Origin: Nanobdellota archaeon
GTDB lineage: Archaea > Nanobdellota > Nanobdellia > Woesearchaeales > GCA-2686295
Assembly (NCBI GenBank): GCA_018812505.1
Contig: JAHJDK010000149.1
Coordinates: forward strand, 1-25,618
Direction of reading: 5' to 3'
DNA length: 25,618 nt
Each line of letters opens with the position of its first letter. The first letter of the stretch is position 1. The position numbers and the translations under genes are program-made. The notes beneath the pieces are model-generated. The model searched no databases. It was not told the DNA's origin and saw nothing but the letters and a program-made list of their open reading frames with translations. Positions 1 to 8,125 of this stretch are shown here, one piece after another.

Positions 1-71
1 ACTCATATATAAATCTTTCTATTTTTATCACTAAATAGTAAGAACATTCTATGTTTTTCTCTTCATAAAAA

Positions 72-79
72 TTTATAAA
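72..79 (+). promoter_or_regulatory. Archaeal TATA box (TTTATAAA, A-rich upstream) of serS
   Basis: aaaaa-TTTATAAA ends 25 nt before the ATG at 105. The same geometry recurs upstream of several other genes. Confidence 0.6.
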
Positions 80-104
80 CAAAAAGAATTATTCCATAAA
101 CAAG

Positions 105-1394
105 ATGCTAGATATAAAACAGATAAGAGAACAAACAAAGCAAGTAAAGGAAAACCTTACAAGAAGAAAAGATCCAGAACTACTGAAAAAATTAGATCAA
201 GTGGTAAAAAAAGACGAGAAATATCGTCAGACATTATATCAAGTAGAAAAACTAAGACATGAAAAAAACGATAAAAGTCAAGAAATAAACCAACTTAAAA
301 AAGAAAAAAAAGACATTAAAAAAACAATTCTTGAAGTTAGAAAAGTAACACAGACACTAGCAGAAAAGGAACAAGAACTTATAAAACTAAAACAAGAATT
401 AACACAACAATTAATGAGACTGCCAAACATAATGCATGAAAGCGTGCCCTACGGCAAGGATGACACTGAAAACAAAGAAATCAGAAAATGGGGAAAACCA
501 AAAAAGTTTGATTTTGAAATAAAAAATCATGGGGAATTAGCAGAACAACTAGGCATAGCAGACTTCGAAAGAAGCGCAAAAATATCAGGAAAAGGATTCT
601 ACTTTATGTTAGGAGATTTAACAATGCTGAACCAAGCGCTGATAAGATATGGTTTAGAAAAATTAATGAAAAAAGGATTCACACCTGTAGAACCGCCAGA
701 GATGATGAGAAGAAAACCATACGAAGGAGTGACAGACCTGGCAGACTTTGAAAACATGATATACAAATCAGAAGGAGAAGATCAATATTTCATAGCAACA
801 AGCGAACATCCAATAGCTGCAATGCTAATGGATGAATCAATTTCAGAAGAAAAGTTGCCGCTAAAATTTGCAGGACTAAGCATAAACTTCAGAAAAGAAA
901 TAGGAAGCCATGGAGTAGATGAAAAAGGATTTTTCAGAATGCACCAATTCTGGAAAGTAGAACAACTAATATTCTGCAAACCAGAAGACAGCTGGAAGAT
1001 ACACGAAGAAATAATAAAAAATGCAGAAGAGATATACCAAGAACTAGACTTACCATATCACGTAGTAAATATATGCACAGGTGATTTAGGAATTGTGGCA
1101 GCAAAAAAATATGACCTAGAAGTATGGATGCCAAGAACCAAAGAATATAAAGAAGTAGTTTCCTGCAGCAACTGCACAGATTATCAGGCAAGAAGATTAA
1201 ACATTAAGTGCAGGGATAAATACGGAAACAATAGAACTCTACACACACTAAATAGTACAGCAATAGCAACGTCAAGAACCTTGGTGGCAATACTGGAAAA
1301 CTATCAAAACAAAGACGGAAGCATAACAATACCAACAGTACTGCAAAAATATATGAACGGGAAAAAGAAGATAACAACACAAAAAATTATTTAA
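105..1394 (+). CDS. serS: Seryl-tRNA synthetase (class II aaRS)
   Basis: N-terminal coiled-coil tRNA-binding arm (MLDIKQIRE...), ATSEHP, motif 2 FRKEIGSHG..GFFRMHQFWKVEQ, EVVSCSNCTDYQARRL, motif 3 HTLNSTAIATSRTLVAILENYQ. Confidence 0.98.
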   Translation: MLDIKQIREQTKQVKENLTRRKDPELLKKLDQVVKKDEKYRQTLYQVEKLRHEKNDKSQEINQLKKEKKDIKKTILEVRKVTQTLAEKEQELIKLKQELTQQLMRLPNIMHESVPYGKDDTENKEIRKWGKPKKFDFEIKNHGELAEQLGIADFERSAKISGKGFYFMLGDLTMLNQALIRYGLEKLMKKGFTPVEPPEMMRRKPYEGVTDLADFENMIYKSEGEDQYFIATSEHPIAAMLMDESISEEKLPLKFAGLSINFRKEIGSHGVDEKGFFRMHQFWKVEQLIFCKPEDSWKIHEEIIKNAEEIYQELDLPYHVVNICTGDLGIVAAKKYDLEVWMPRTKEYKEVVSCSNCTDYQARRLNIKCRDKYGNNRTLHTLNSTAIATSRTLVAILENYQNKDGSITIPTVLQKYMNGKKKITTQKII

Positions 1395-2734
1395 CACTGA
1401 AAGTTATCTGGAATCATAAGACCTTTATTTTTCTGCTTACCAATAACTAATATATTTGATATCTCATCCAAGTAAAAATCTCCAGACCAATTGTTGTCAG
1501 ATTTTTTCTCATAACGAGTCAAACCAATACTTTCAAGTCTTTTAATCCTCTCATCATAACCTAAAGCATTATCAGGAGAAATATTCACATTTCGACCAAC
1601 CTGAACATTCTTGTCAAGAATAACATATTTTAATTTAGAACCTTTACCAATAGTGGTGTTGAACTCCTCGTTGAGAAGAACATTGTTTCTGTCAGCACCA
1701 GTAAACACACAATGATTTACTGTACAGTTTTCTTCAACAATTATTTGATAACCAAAAACAGAATTAGTAATTGAACTTCCACTATAGATCTCATTGCCAG
1801 GACTAAGAATTGAAGAACCAACAGAACTATTACTGGCAACCCATGCACCGGGAAGCTGCCTTAGATGTGTGCGAACTCTCATCTTATTAAGATCTAAAGG
1901 CCTACCAACTGCAAATTCCATATTACAATCAAAATAATCATTGACTTTTCCAACATCTCGCCAATAACCCTCAAAAGCGAAAGCATAGATCTCATGATTA
2001 TCTTTCATCATACTAGGAATAATATTCTTACCAAAGTCAGAACCTTCATACTCCAAGAAACGTTTTAAACGCTCATTGAAAAAAACATAATTGCCCATAG
2101 AAGCAAGGAACTGCTTGTTAGGATCAGTAATCCCAAGTTTAACCATAGCTCTTTCACTAAGTCTGAAATCCTCAATTAAATCCTTATCTTCAGGCTTCTC
2201 AGTGAAACCCATAACCTTACCTTGATTGTCAACCTTGATAATTCCAAAATCAGAAATCTTTGCTTCAGCTACAGGAGTAGTCATAATAGTTAAATCAGCA
2301 TTTTTAGACTTATGATATTTGATGATGTTCTGATAATTAGCAGAATAAATATGGTCTCCGCCAAGAATCAAAGTTATTTTTGGATTATGATTCTCAATCC
2401 TGCTGTAATTCTTTCTTACAGAATCTGCAGTTCCTTCAAAATTAACCATTTCAGAATCCTGAAAAGGAGAAAGAATCTCTAAAATATTATCATCACTGAA
2501 ACCAAGCTCTGCCTTGTTAGTCATATGAGTTGATAAAGAAATAGGCAAGAACTGAACACCAATAAGCATAATAGGAATATCAGAATTAACAACATTGCTC
2601 GTAACCAAGTCAACAATCCTGTAATGACCAAAAATATTGACAGCAGACTTAGACCTGTCTCTAGTTAAAACTTCCAGCCTAGAACCCTTGCCACCAGCCA
2701 TGACAAAGCTAGCAACTAAATCATCCATAACCAT
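1391..2734 (-). CDS. glgC: Glucose-1-phosphate adenylyltransferase (ADP-glucose pyrophosphorylase), bacterial type
   Basis: MAGGKGSRL..LT..RSKSAV.IFGHYRIVD, EGTADSV, ILGGDHIY, FTEKP, ASMGNYVF, DFGKNIIP, GYWRDVG and a C-terminal left-handed beta-helix. Overlaps the serS stop convergently by 4 nt. Confidence 0.93.
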   Translation of the reverse strand: MVMDDLVASFVMAGGKGSRLEVLTRDRSKSAVNIFGHYRIVDLVTSNVVNSDIPIMLIGVQFLPISLSTHMTNKAELGFSDDNILEILSPFQDSEMVNFEGTADSVRKNYSRIENHNPKITLILGGDHIYSANYQNIIKYHKSKNADLTIMTTPVAEAKISDFGIIKVDNQGKVMGFTEKPEDKDLIEDFRLSERAMVKLGITDPNKQFLASMGNYVFFNERLKRFLEYEGSDFGKNIIPSMMKDNHEIYAFAFEGYWRDVGKVNDYFDCNMEFAVGRPLDLNKMRVRTHLRQLPGAWVASNSSVGSSILSPGNEIYSGSSITNSVFGYQIIVEENCTVNHCVFTGADRNNVLLNEEFNTTIGKGSKLKYVILDKNVQVGRNVNISPDNALGYDERIKRLESIGLTRYEKKSDNNWSGDFYLDEISNILVIGKQKNKGLMIPDNFQC

Positions 2735-2780
2735 GAAAGAAAAGGAAAAAGAACTTGTTTAAAAATGTATGGTGAAAAAA

Positions 2781-3008
2781 TTATTTATCAGCCCAATCCC
2801 TGATAGCCTGATAACCCTTTACTCCTGCATAAGTCAAGGCAGCAGCTTTTAGCAAAGGAGCACCAACAATCATTGCAACGCCAAAACCGACAGCGCCGTA
2901 CAATGCTTTATTCTTATTGGCTAATAAATTAATAGGATTAGGATTATAATCAAGAGTTTGAACCTTTAACTTGCTTATTAATTTATCAGTTATTAAACCT
3001 ATATCCAT
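2781..3008 (-). CDS. Small membrane protein with a Gly/Ala-rich hydrophobic segment
   Basis: Hydrophobic stretch ALYGAVGFGVAMIVGAPLLKAAALTYAGV. The track's GTG start at 3017 lies inside a GAGGTGA SD, so the ATG at 3008 is preferred. Confidence 0.65.
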   Translation of the reverse strand: MDIGLITDKLISKLKVQTLDYNPNPINLLANKNKALYGAVGFGVAMIVGAPLLKAAALTYAGVKGYQAIRDWADK

Positions 3009-3013
3009 AAAAA

Positions 3014-3667
3014 TCACCTCTGGCTAGTTTCATATTGACGGTAAAGATTATCAAGATACTCAGTAAACATTAGGTTGATCTTGTTCTTTGTATCTGCACC
3101 CAGCATTTGCTCATACTTTCCAAAATTAAGATTAACACCCTTGCTAAATAAGTCATCATCAACCATTACAGTATCAACACCATTGCTCAAGTACAAGTTG
3201 TTCTTACCATTCTCATCCTGAGCAACCAATAATTGAATGTTCTGAACAGCTATAGAGTTATAATTCTCTCCATGCTTTGAGATTTGTGCTGATTTGAAAA
3301 GTTCAAAAGAACCATCAATAATACTATCTAAACTGTCATCATCAAATTTGTTTTGTTCGAATCTTTGCTTCAAACCATCAAGCATATTTTTAGTAGAGGG
3401 AAGCATATCATACAACACCTTAAGTTTCTTGCCAGTAGAGTTATTAACAAGATAAGTATCCATGGCGCCGCTATCATTCTCTTCCCAGTCAACCTCTAAT
3501 ATTGCAGGGCTTTTGAAACCATTCTCAGCAATAGGCACGTTCCTGTTAAACAAGTTATAATCAAGTTTCTTTATATCATTGTGATAGGCATAAGCAAGAA
3601 AGAAAACAGTCAGAGCGCCACCCTTAGCAAGAATTGCCCAACCCCACTTACCAAGTCTCTTGCCCAT
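3014..3667 (-). CDS. Hypothetical single-pass membrane protein (N-terminal anchor)
   Basis: MGKRLGKWGWAILAKGGALTVFFLAYAY anchor. AGGTGA SD at 3674-3679. Coupled to both neighbours. Confidence 0.7.
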   Translation of the reverse strand: MGKRLGKWGWAILAKGGALTVFFLAYAYHNDIKKLDYNLFNRNVPIAENGFKSPAILEVDWEENDSGAMDTYLVNNSTGKKLKVLYDMLPSTKNMLDGLKQRFEQNKFDDDSLDSIIDGSFELFKSAQISKHGENYNSIAVQNIQLLVAQDENGKNNLYLSNGVDTVMVDDDLFSKGVNLNFGKYEQMLGADTKNKINLMFTEYLDNLYRQYETSQR

Positions 3668-3984
3668 TATAAATCACCTATCCATTCATCAAATGTTTGT
3701 TTAGGAGTTGCTGATGTAGAATCGTAGACCACAACATCTTGGGGTTTAGAAATCGCTTTTTGCATAGAGGTGTATGACTCGTCAGGGCAATCACCTGTAA
3801 CCAGGTAGATAACACTGTTCTTTAACCTGTTATAAACGCAGTCTATATTCTTGGCAACATCAAGCTTGTCACCTGTGTACATCAAAGCACTAACAAACAT
3901 CAAACTTCCAATAGTAAAAGACTTCCACTTAGACTTCTTTTTAACATCAACAACTTTTTCATCAATTGAATCTTTATCCATCAT
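3667..3984 (-). CDS. Hypothetical single-pass membrane protein
   Basis: Basic KKKSKWK followed by hydrophobic FTIGSLMFVSALMY. GGGTGA SD at 3987-3992 precedes ATGs at 3984/3981. Confidence 0.65.
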   Translation of the reverse strand: MMDKDSIDEKVVDVKKKSKWKSFTIGSLMFVSALMYTGDKLDVAKNIDCVYNRLKNSVIYLVTGDCPDESYTSMQKAISKPQDVVVYDSTSATPKQTFDEWIGDL

Positions 3985-4150
3985 AATCACCCGCTTATAG
4001 CTAAAGCTAATAAATATTGAATCAGCTTTTTTAACTAAAACTAAATAATAAGATAGAAAAATTGTTTAATAAAAGTGTGTAGTGGTTGAATGTACAACAA
4101 ATAAAATTAGTTTTTTAAGAATGATTTATGCTTACAGTCTAAATCAGTAT

Positions 4151-4582
4151 TTATTCAATTCCATCCAATAATATTCGATTGTATGTATATCCTTTAATTG
4201 TTGCATTATCAGCTTCATCCTGTCTTCCTAATGCCATAAGCACTCTGGCTTTTCCATCCCATGCCATCTGGTTTTCCTGGCTGAATTCTTCTGTCAACTC
4301 TGTGACTTTGTCGTAGCACGAAAGTGCCCTCTCTGGCTGTTTAAGATATGCATCATATATTAGTGCTTGAACAGCCCATGCTTCAACATTGTAAGAATCA
4401 TTATCAGTTATTACCTGCCAATACTCTAAAGACTTATTGTATTGCATTTCATTGTATAGCTGCAATGCTTTATCTCTTAAGTTACTGATGTCTGCAGATA
4501 TTTCTTCTGGATTTCTAACTCTGATAACTATTTCTTCCAATGCTTTGAATTCTTCTTCCGGATTGATTATTTCTTCAGACAT
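4151..4582 (-). CDS. TPR protein with shared N-terminal leader (EEIINPEEEFKALEEIVIRV)
   Basis: TPR-like AWAVQALIY..PERALSCYDKV and AWDGKARVLMALGRQDEA. The start at Met4 of the track ORF aligns the leader. Confidence 0.75.
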   Translation of the reverse strand: MSEEIINPEEEFKALEEIVIRVRNPEEISADISNLRDKALQLYNEMQYNKSLEYWQVITDNDSYNVEAWAVQALIYDAYLKQPERALSCYDKVTELTEEFSQENQMAWDGKARVLMALGRQDEADNATIKGYTYNRILLDGIE

Positions 4583-5417
4583 TTTTTTCATACGTTACTC
4601 CTAGTACATTTATTGCCATTCCCTCTTGTAATTTATCTCTTAATAGCATTAGTTCATGAACGTTTGCCTTGAAGAAAATTGATGGATTGCTTACTTTGAA
4701 AGATGTTTTATTTAATTCTTCTTTTATGTAATTTGCTAATTCTATTTGTTCTATGCTTCTAAGTTGTTTTATCGCTTCATTGTATGAATGATTGCTTTGA
4801 ATTATTGTTGTGTGAGTTACTTGCTGCTGATACAAGTCTTTCTTTAGCGTTTCTACACCGTATCTTTTGTTGTTCAATGCTTTTTCGCTTATCTCTTTCA
4901 GAGTTTCAAGTTGCTCTCTAATGTCTTTAAATGTTTCTTGACTATAGTTCCCATTGCATGAACCTATATTTTTTAGTCTTGTATCAATTCTTAGTTGTTG
5001 TTCTGCTTTGTATCTTCCGGATTTTTCTAGTTGTTTGTCATATGTTTGTATAAGAAATTCAAGTTTTTCCTCGTTGTCAGGTTCCTGACTTACAGCTTCC
5101 AAGATTATTGGATTAGCTATCTTGAAATATTCTTCTGCTCCTCTAATAAATGTTTTTATAATTAATTCTTTATGATTACAGGTTTCTTCACTATCATCTA
5201 TTATTGCTAATTCTTCAGTTATTTTGTCTGATAAGTTTTTAACTGCCGGCATGAACTTGTTAATATATAAGTTTGTTTGTCTTGACTTGCTCATTTCAAA
5301 ATCGTAATAGACTATTACTTCATCTATGCTTGAGTTGTTGCTTTGATTATTTATTCTAATAATTGTTTTCTTTAAAGCTTCAAATTCTTCTTCCGGGTTG
5401 ATTATTTCTTGGATCAT
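4575..5417 (-). CDS. Hypothetical alpha-helical protein with shared N-terminal leader (QEIINPEEEFEALKKTIIRI)
   Basis: 280-aa ORF rich in E/K/I/L, overlapping the next gene. No family recognised. Confidence 0.7.
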   Translation of the reverse strand: MIQEIINPEEEFEALKKTIIRINNQSNNSSIDEVIVYYDFEMSKSRQTNLYINKFMPAVKNLSDKITEELAIIDDSEETCNHKELIIKTFIRGAEEYFKIANPIILEAVSQEPDNEEKLEFLIQTYDKQLEKSGRYKAEQQLRIDTRLKNIGSCNGNYSQETFKDIREQLETLKEISEKALNNKRYGVETLKKDLYQQQVTHTTIIQSNHSYNEAIKQLRSIEQIELANYIKEELNKTSFKVSNPSIFFKANVHELMLLRDKLQEGMAINVLGVTYEKNV

Positions 5418-5418
5418 C

Positions 5419-6453
5419 TTACATATAGTTCATCATTATACTGCGTGATTTTTCTAATAATCTATTTCCTTTATTGTACAATTCAGTATATCTTTTGGTT
5501 GCTTGGACATTGATTGATCCTCCGAAAAATTTATCTAGCGAACTCGTAGGTTCTCTGCTAGTATCTATTTCGTTTGCTTCATCATAGAATTTCTGCGCTT
5601 GTTTTTTGTATTCATTAGCTATTTCTTCTGCGAACTTTCTGAATTGAGAACTTATCTTTCTTCCTTTCATCCGATTAATCTTTTCAAATATTTTCTCTTG
5701 TTCTCCGAATGAATTTATACTCATTCCCATTTTTGAAATCTTATCAACTAACTTGCTTTCAGCCCACTCATCTCTTTCATCATATGGTCTTGACTCGAAT
5801 AAACTGATTAGTTTGTCAATTTTTTCTTTTGCGCTTCCGCATTTTGATTCAATTAGTTTTTCTGCTTTGTCAAAGTCATCATTCCGCACGTATAGTTTGG
5901 CTAGTTTTTCCTTTATCTCTGTTGCTCTGTAGCTGTCTACCTGTATTTCAAGGATTTCTTTGTACAACTTTATGGCTGTGTCCAATGTGTAACTCTTGCT
6001 TTCCGCTTCTCTAGCTTTGTTTATTAATAGTTCATAAAGCCTGTTTTTTGCTCCGGAATTATTAGAATCTAGGCATAGTATCTTGTAAAGCAGTTGTTTC
6101 TCTTTATCAACACTTTCTCCTCGATACACTTCTGCTAGTTTGAATAAGTAATTAGTGTTGTCAGGTTTGAGACTTACCAGTTCCTTCACTAAGAATTCTC
6201 GATTGGAGAAGCTATGACATACATAATTTGTTTTGTACACAAAGTTTTCAAGACCTGATGTTATTATTTTTCTTTGTGTTTCATTCAGTCCTTTACTCTT
6301 TGCTTTACTGATAGCAGTCCTAACCTTTTGTATGTTACTGGATTCAAACGCTTCTTTCAACAAGTCATCTACAGGTATGATTACCCTTATCTCTAGGTTT
6401 GCAAGTTTTTCAAACTCTCTTTCAATATCCTTAATGTCTTTGTCAAGAGTCAT
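5419..6453 (-). CDS. TPR-like helical repeat protein with shared N-terminal leader (MTLDKDIKDIEREFEKLANLEIRV)
   Basis: TPR-like segments LKPDNTNYLFKLAEVY, AIKLYKEILEI and KLAKLYVRNDDFDKAEKL. ATGA overlap with the upstream gene. Confidence 0.75.
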   Translation of the reverse strand: MTLDKDIKDIEREFEKLANLEIRVIIPVDDLLKEAFESSNIQKVRTAISKAKSKGLNETQRKIITSGLENFVYKTNYVCHSFSNREFLVKELVSLKPDNTNYLFKLAEVYRGESVDKEKQLLYKILCLDSNNSGAKNRLYELLINKAREAESKSYTLDTAIKLYKEILEIQVDSYRATEIKEKLAKLYVRNDDFDKAEKLIESKCGSAKEKIDKLISLFESRPYDERDEWAESKLVDKISKMGMSINSFGEQEKIFEKINRMKGRKISSQFRKFAEEIANEYKKQAQKFYDEANEIDTSREPTSSLDKFFGGSINVQATKRYTELYNKGNRLLEKSRSIMMNYM

Positions 6454-7133
6454 TCTATTGTTATGTTATCATAGTCTATTATTCTCATTAATGATTTTTT
6501 GAAATCTTGCTCGCGTGGATTTATCTCTATAGCTTTATTAATAGAATTAACTGCTTCTTGGTAATCTTTTAGTTCCCACAACGCATCAGATTTGTTAACC
6601 CAAAAAACGCTTTTTCTTGGATTAATTTCTATTGCTTTATCAAAGTCTTCAATTGCTTTTAGTAACAAGCTCTTTTTTTCTTGAACTCTTTTTGGGGTGT
6701 TTTGGTTTATAGGTATATTTTTTGCAATTTCTTTCAGTGTATATCCTTTATAGTTCCAAGTATATTCATAGTTAGGATTTTGAGCTATGGCATTTTCAAA
6801 ATATTTGACTGCTTCTTTGTAATGTTTATCTTTCAGATTTGAGCATGCTTTTGAATACCATTGGTTGGTTTTGCTCTCAGATTTTGTTACTTCAAGCCCT
6901 TGTTTTTCTTGTTCTACTCTTAAAAGGATATTACTAACTATTTCCTCTTGTTGGTACTTTAATTGATCCACAAGGATGATAAAATTTCTGTAAATTTGGT
7001 TCACTTTACGGAGTTTCTCAACAAGGATTTCTTGATTAACATCATTTTTTTTTATAGTTTTGATTTTGATAACTACTCTTTCCAATGCTTCAAACTCTCT
7101 TTTAATATTTTTTATGTCTTGGTCAAGGGTCAT
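6450..7133 (-). CDS. Coiled-coil plus TPR protein with shared N-terminal leader (MTLDQDIKNIKREFEALERVVIKI)
   Basis: TPRs: WYSKAC..YKEAVKYFENAIAQNPNY, TWNYKG, FWVNKSDALWELKDYQEAVNSINKAIEINP. Confidence 0.85.
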   Translation of the reverse strand: MTLDQDIKNIKREFEALERVVIKIKTIKKNDVNQEILVEKLRKVNQIYRNFIILVDQLKYQQEEIVSNILLRVEQEKQGLEVTKSESKTNQWYSKACSNLKDKHYKEAVKYFENAIAQNPNYEYTWNYKGYTLKEIAKNIPINQNTPKRVQEKKSLLLKAIEDFDKAIEINPRKSVFWVNKSDALWELKDYQEAVNSINKAIEINPREQDFKKSLMRIIDYDNITIE

Positions 7134-8125
7134 TTTGTCCTGTAGATGTTGTTGTGAATAAAACTTTTTATTATTGTATCACTTTCTGTTCCGTGAGTGT
7201 TCTTTTTTATTTCATTCATAAACTCTAATTCATTTGTTTGTGCCTTGGAATATAATCCTCCACCTCTTATGTCTGCGTGATTGTTAGTTATTTTATTAAG
7301 TCTAAAATTGTTTGAAGATTTGTAGGCACATATACCTCCTCCATAACCATATGCTTTGTTGTTCACTATGATATTTTCTTTTATCAATGCATCAGAATTG
7401 AAGAGGAGTATTCCTCCTCCTGATCCTGCAATGTTGTTTTGTATCAAACATTCTTGTATGGTGCAGTTAGATTTTGTTATGAATATTCCTCCACCATATG
7501 TGTTTATTCCGCTAAATGTTGGAAAATCCCAAAACATCATTGTATCTGTGTAAAGATATTCTTTTTTCAGTAATGAATATAGGTGATATTGACCTAATCC
7601 CTTCTCGATTATACAGTTCTTCAGTATGCTGTCATTTGAGTTTTCTCCTGCTACAGTTATATTTCTCCAAGGACTAGAATGTGATGTGAATATTATTTTT
7701 TCTTTTTCTGTCCCTATAGCTTTAAGTGTTCCATAACAGATTATCCCTCCAGTACTATGGGCAAATAAAGGATTTAAGTCTAGTTCTGTTCCTGGCTCTA
7801 TCTCAAGTGTTCCTCCAGAGTTTATTATTAAGGGAAAATCAATTTCATATTTTCCTTTTTTTAGTAATATATATTGATCTATTCCTCTTGCTAGTTTGAA
7901 GTATTTTGATATATTATCTATTGGTTTGCCAAACCTATCAACCACTTCAAACTTATTATTTATGACTTTGATTACAGAATTCTCGAGTTCTTCAAGTTCT
8001 TTTGATTTAAATGGCTTGTCACGTTTATCGACCACTCTAATCTCACTGTCTATAATTTTTATTACTACATTTTCCAACTCGTCGAATTCTCTTTCAATAT
8101 TTTTGATTTCTTGGTCTAAGGTCAT
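7130..8125 (-). CDS. Right-handed parallel beta-helix (pectin-lyase-like) protein with duplicated N-terminal leader
   Basis: LIINSGGTLEIEPGT, GTLKAIGT...IIFTS, and repeated GGGI/L plus N-rich rungs (GGGIFI..SNCTI..CLIQNN.A, GGGILL.NS.ALI.ENII.NN.A). The leader segment occurs twice. Confidence 0.8.
   Translation of the reverse strand: MTLDQEIKNIEREFDELENVVIKIIDSEIRVVDKRDKPFKSKELEELENSVIKVINNKFEVVDRFGKPIDNISKYFKLARGIDQYILLKKGKYEIDFPLIINSGGTLEIEPGTELDLNPLFAHSTGGIICYGTLKAIGTEKEKIIFTSHSSPWRNITVAGENSNDSILKNCIIEKGLGQYHLYSLLKKEYLYTDTMMFWDFPTFSGINTYGGGIFITKSNCTIQECLIQNNIAGSGGGILLFNSDALIKENIIVNNKAYGYGGGICAYKSSNNFRLNKITNNHADIRGGGLYSKAQTNELEFMNEIKKNTHGTESDTIIKSFIHNNIYRTK

Noticed and set aside
1-6. Possible start (ATG AGT) of a divergent minus-strand gene at the window edge
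   Set aside because: Only two codons are visible, so it cannot be supported.
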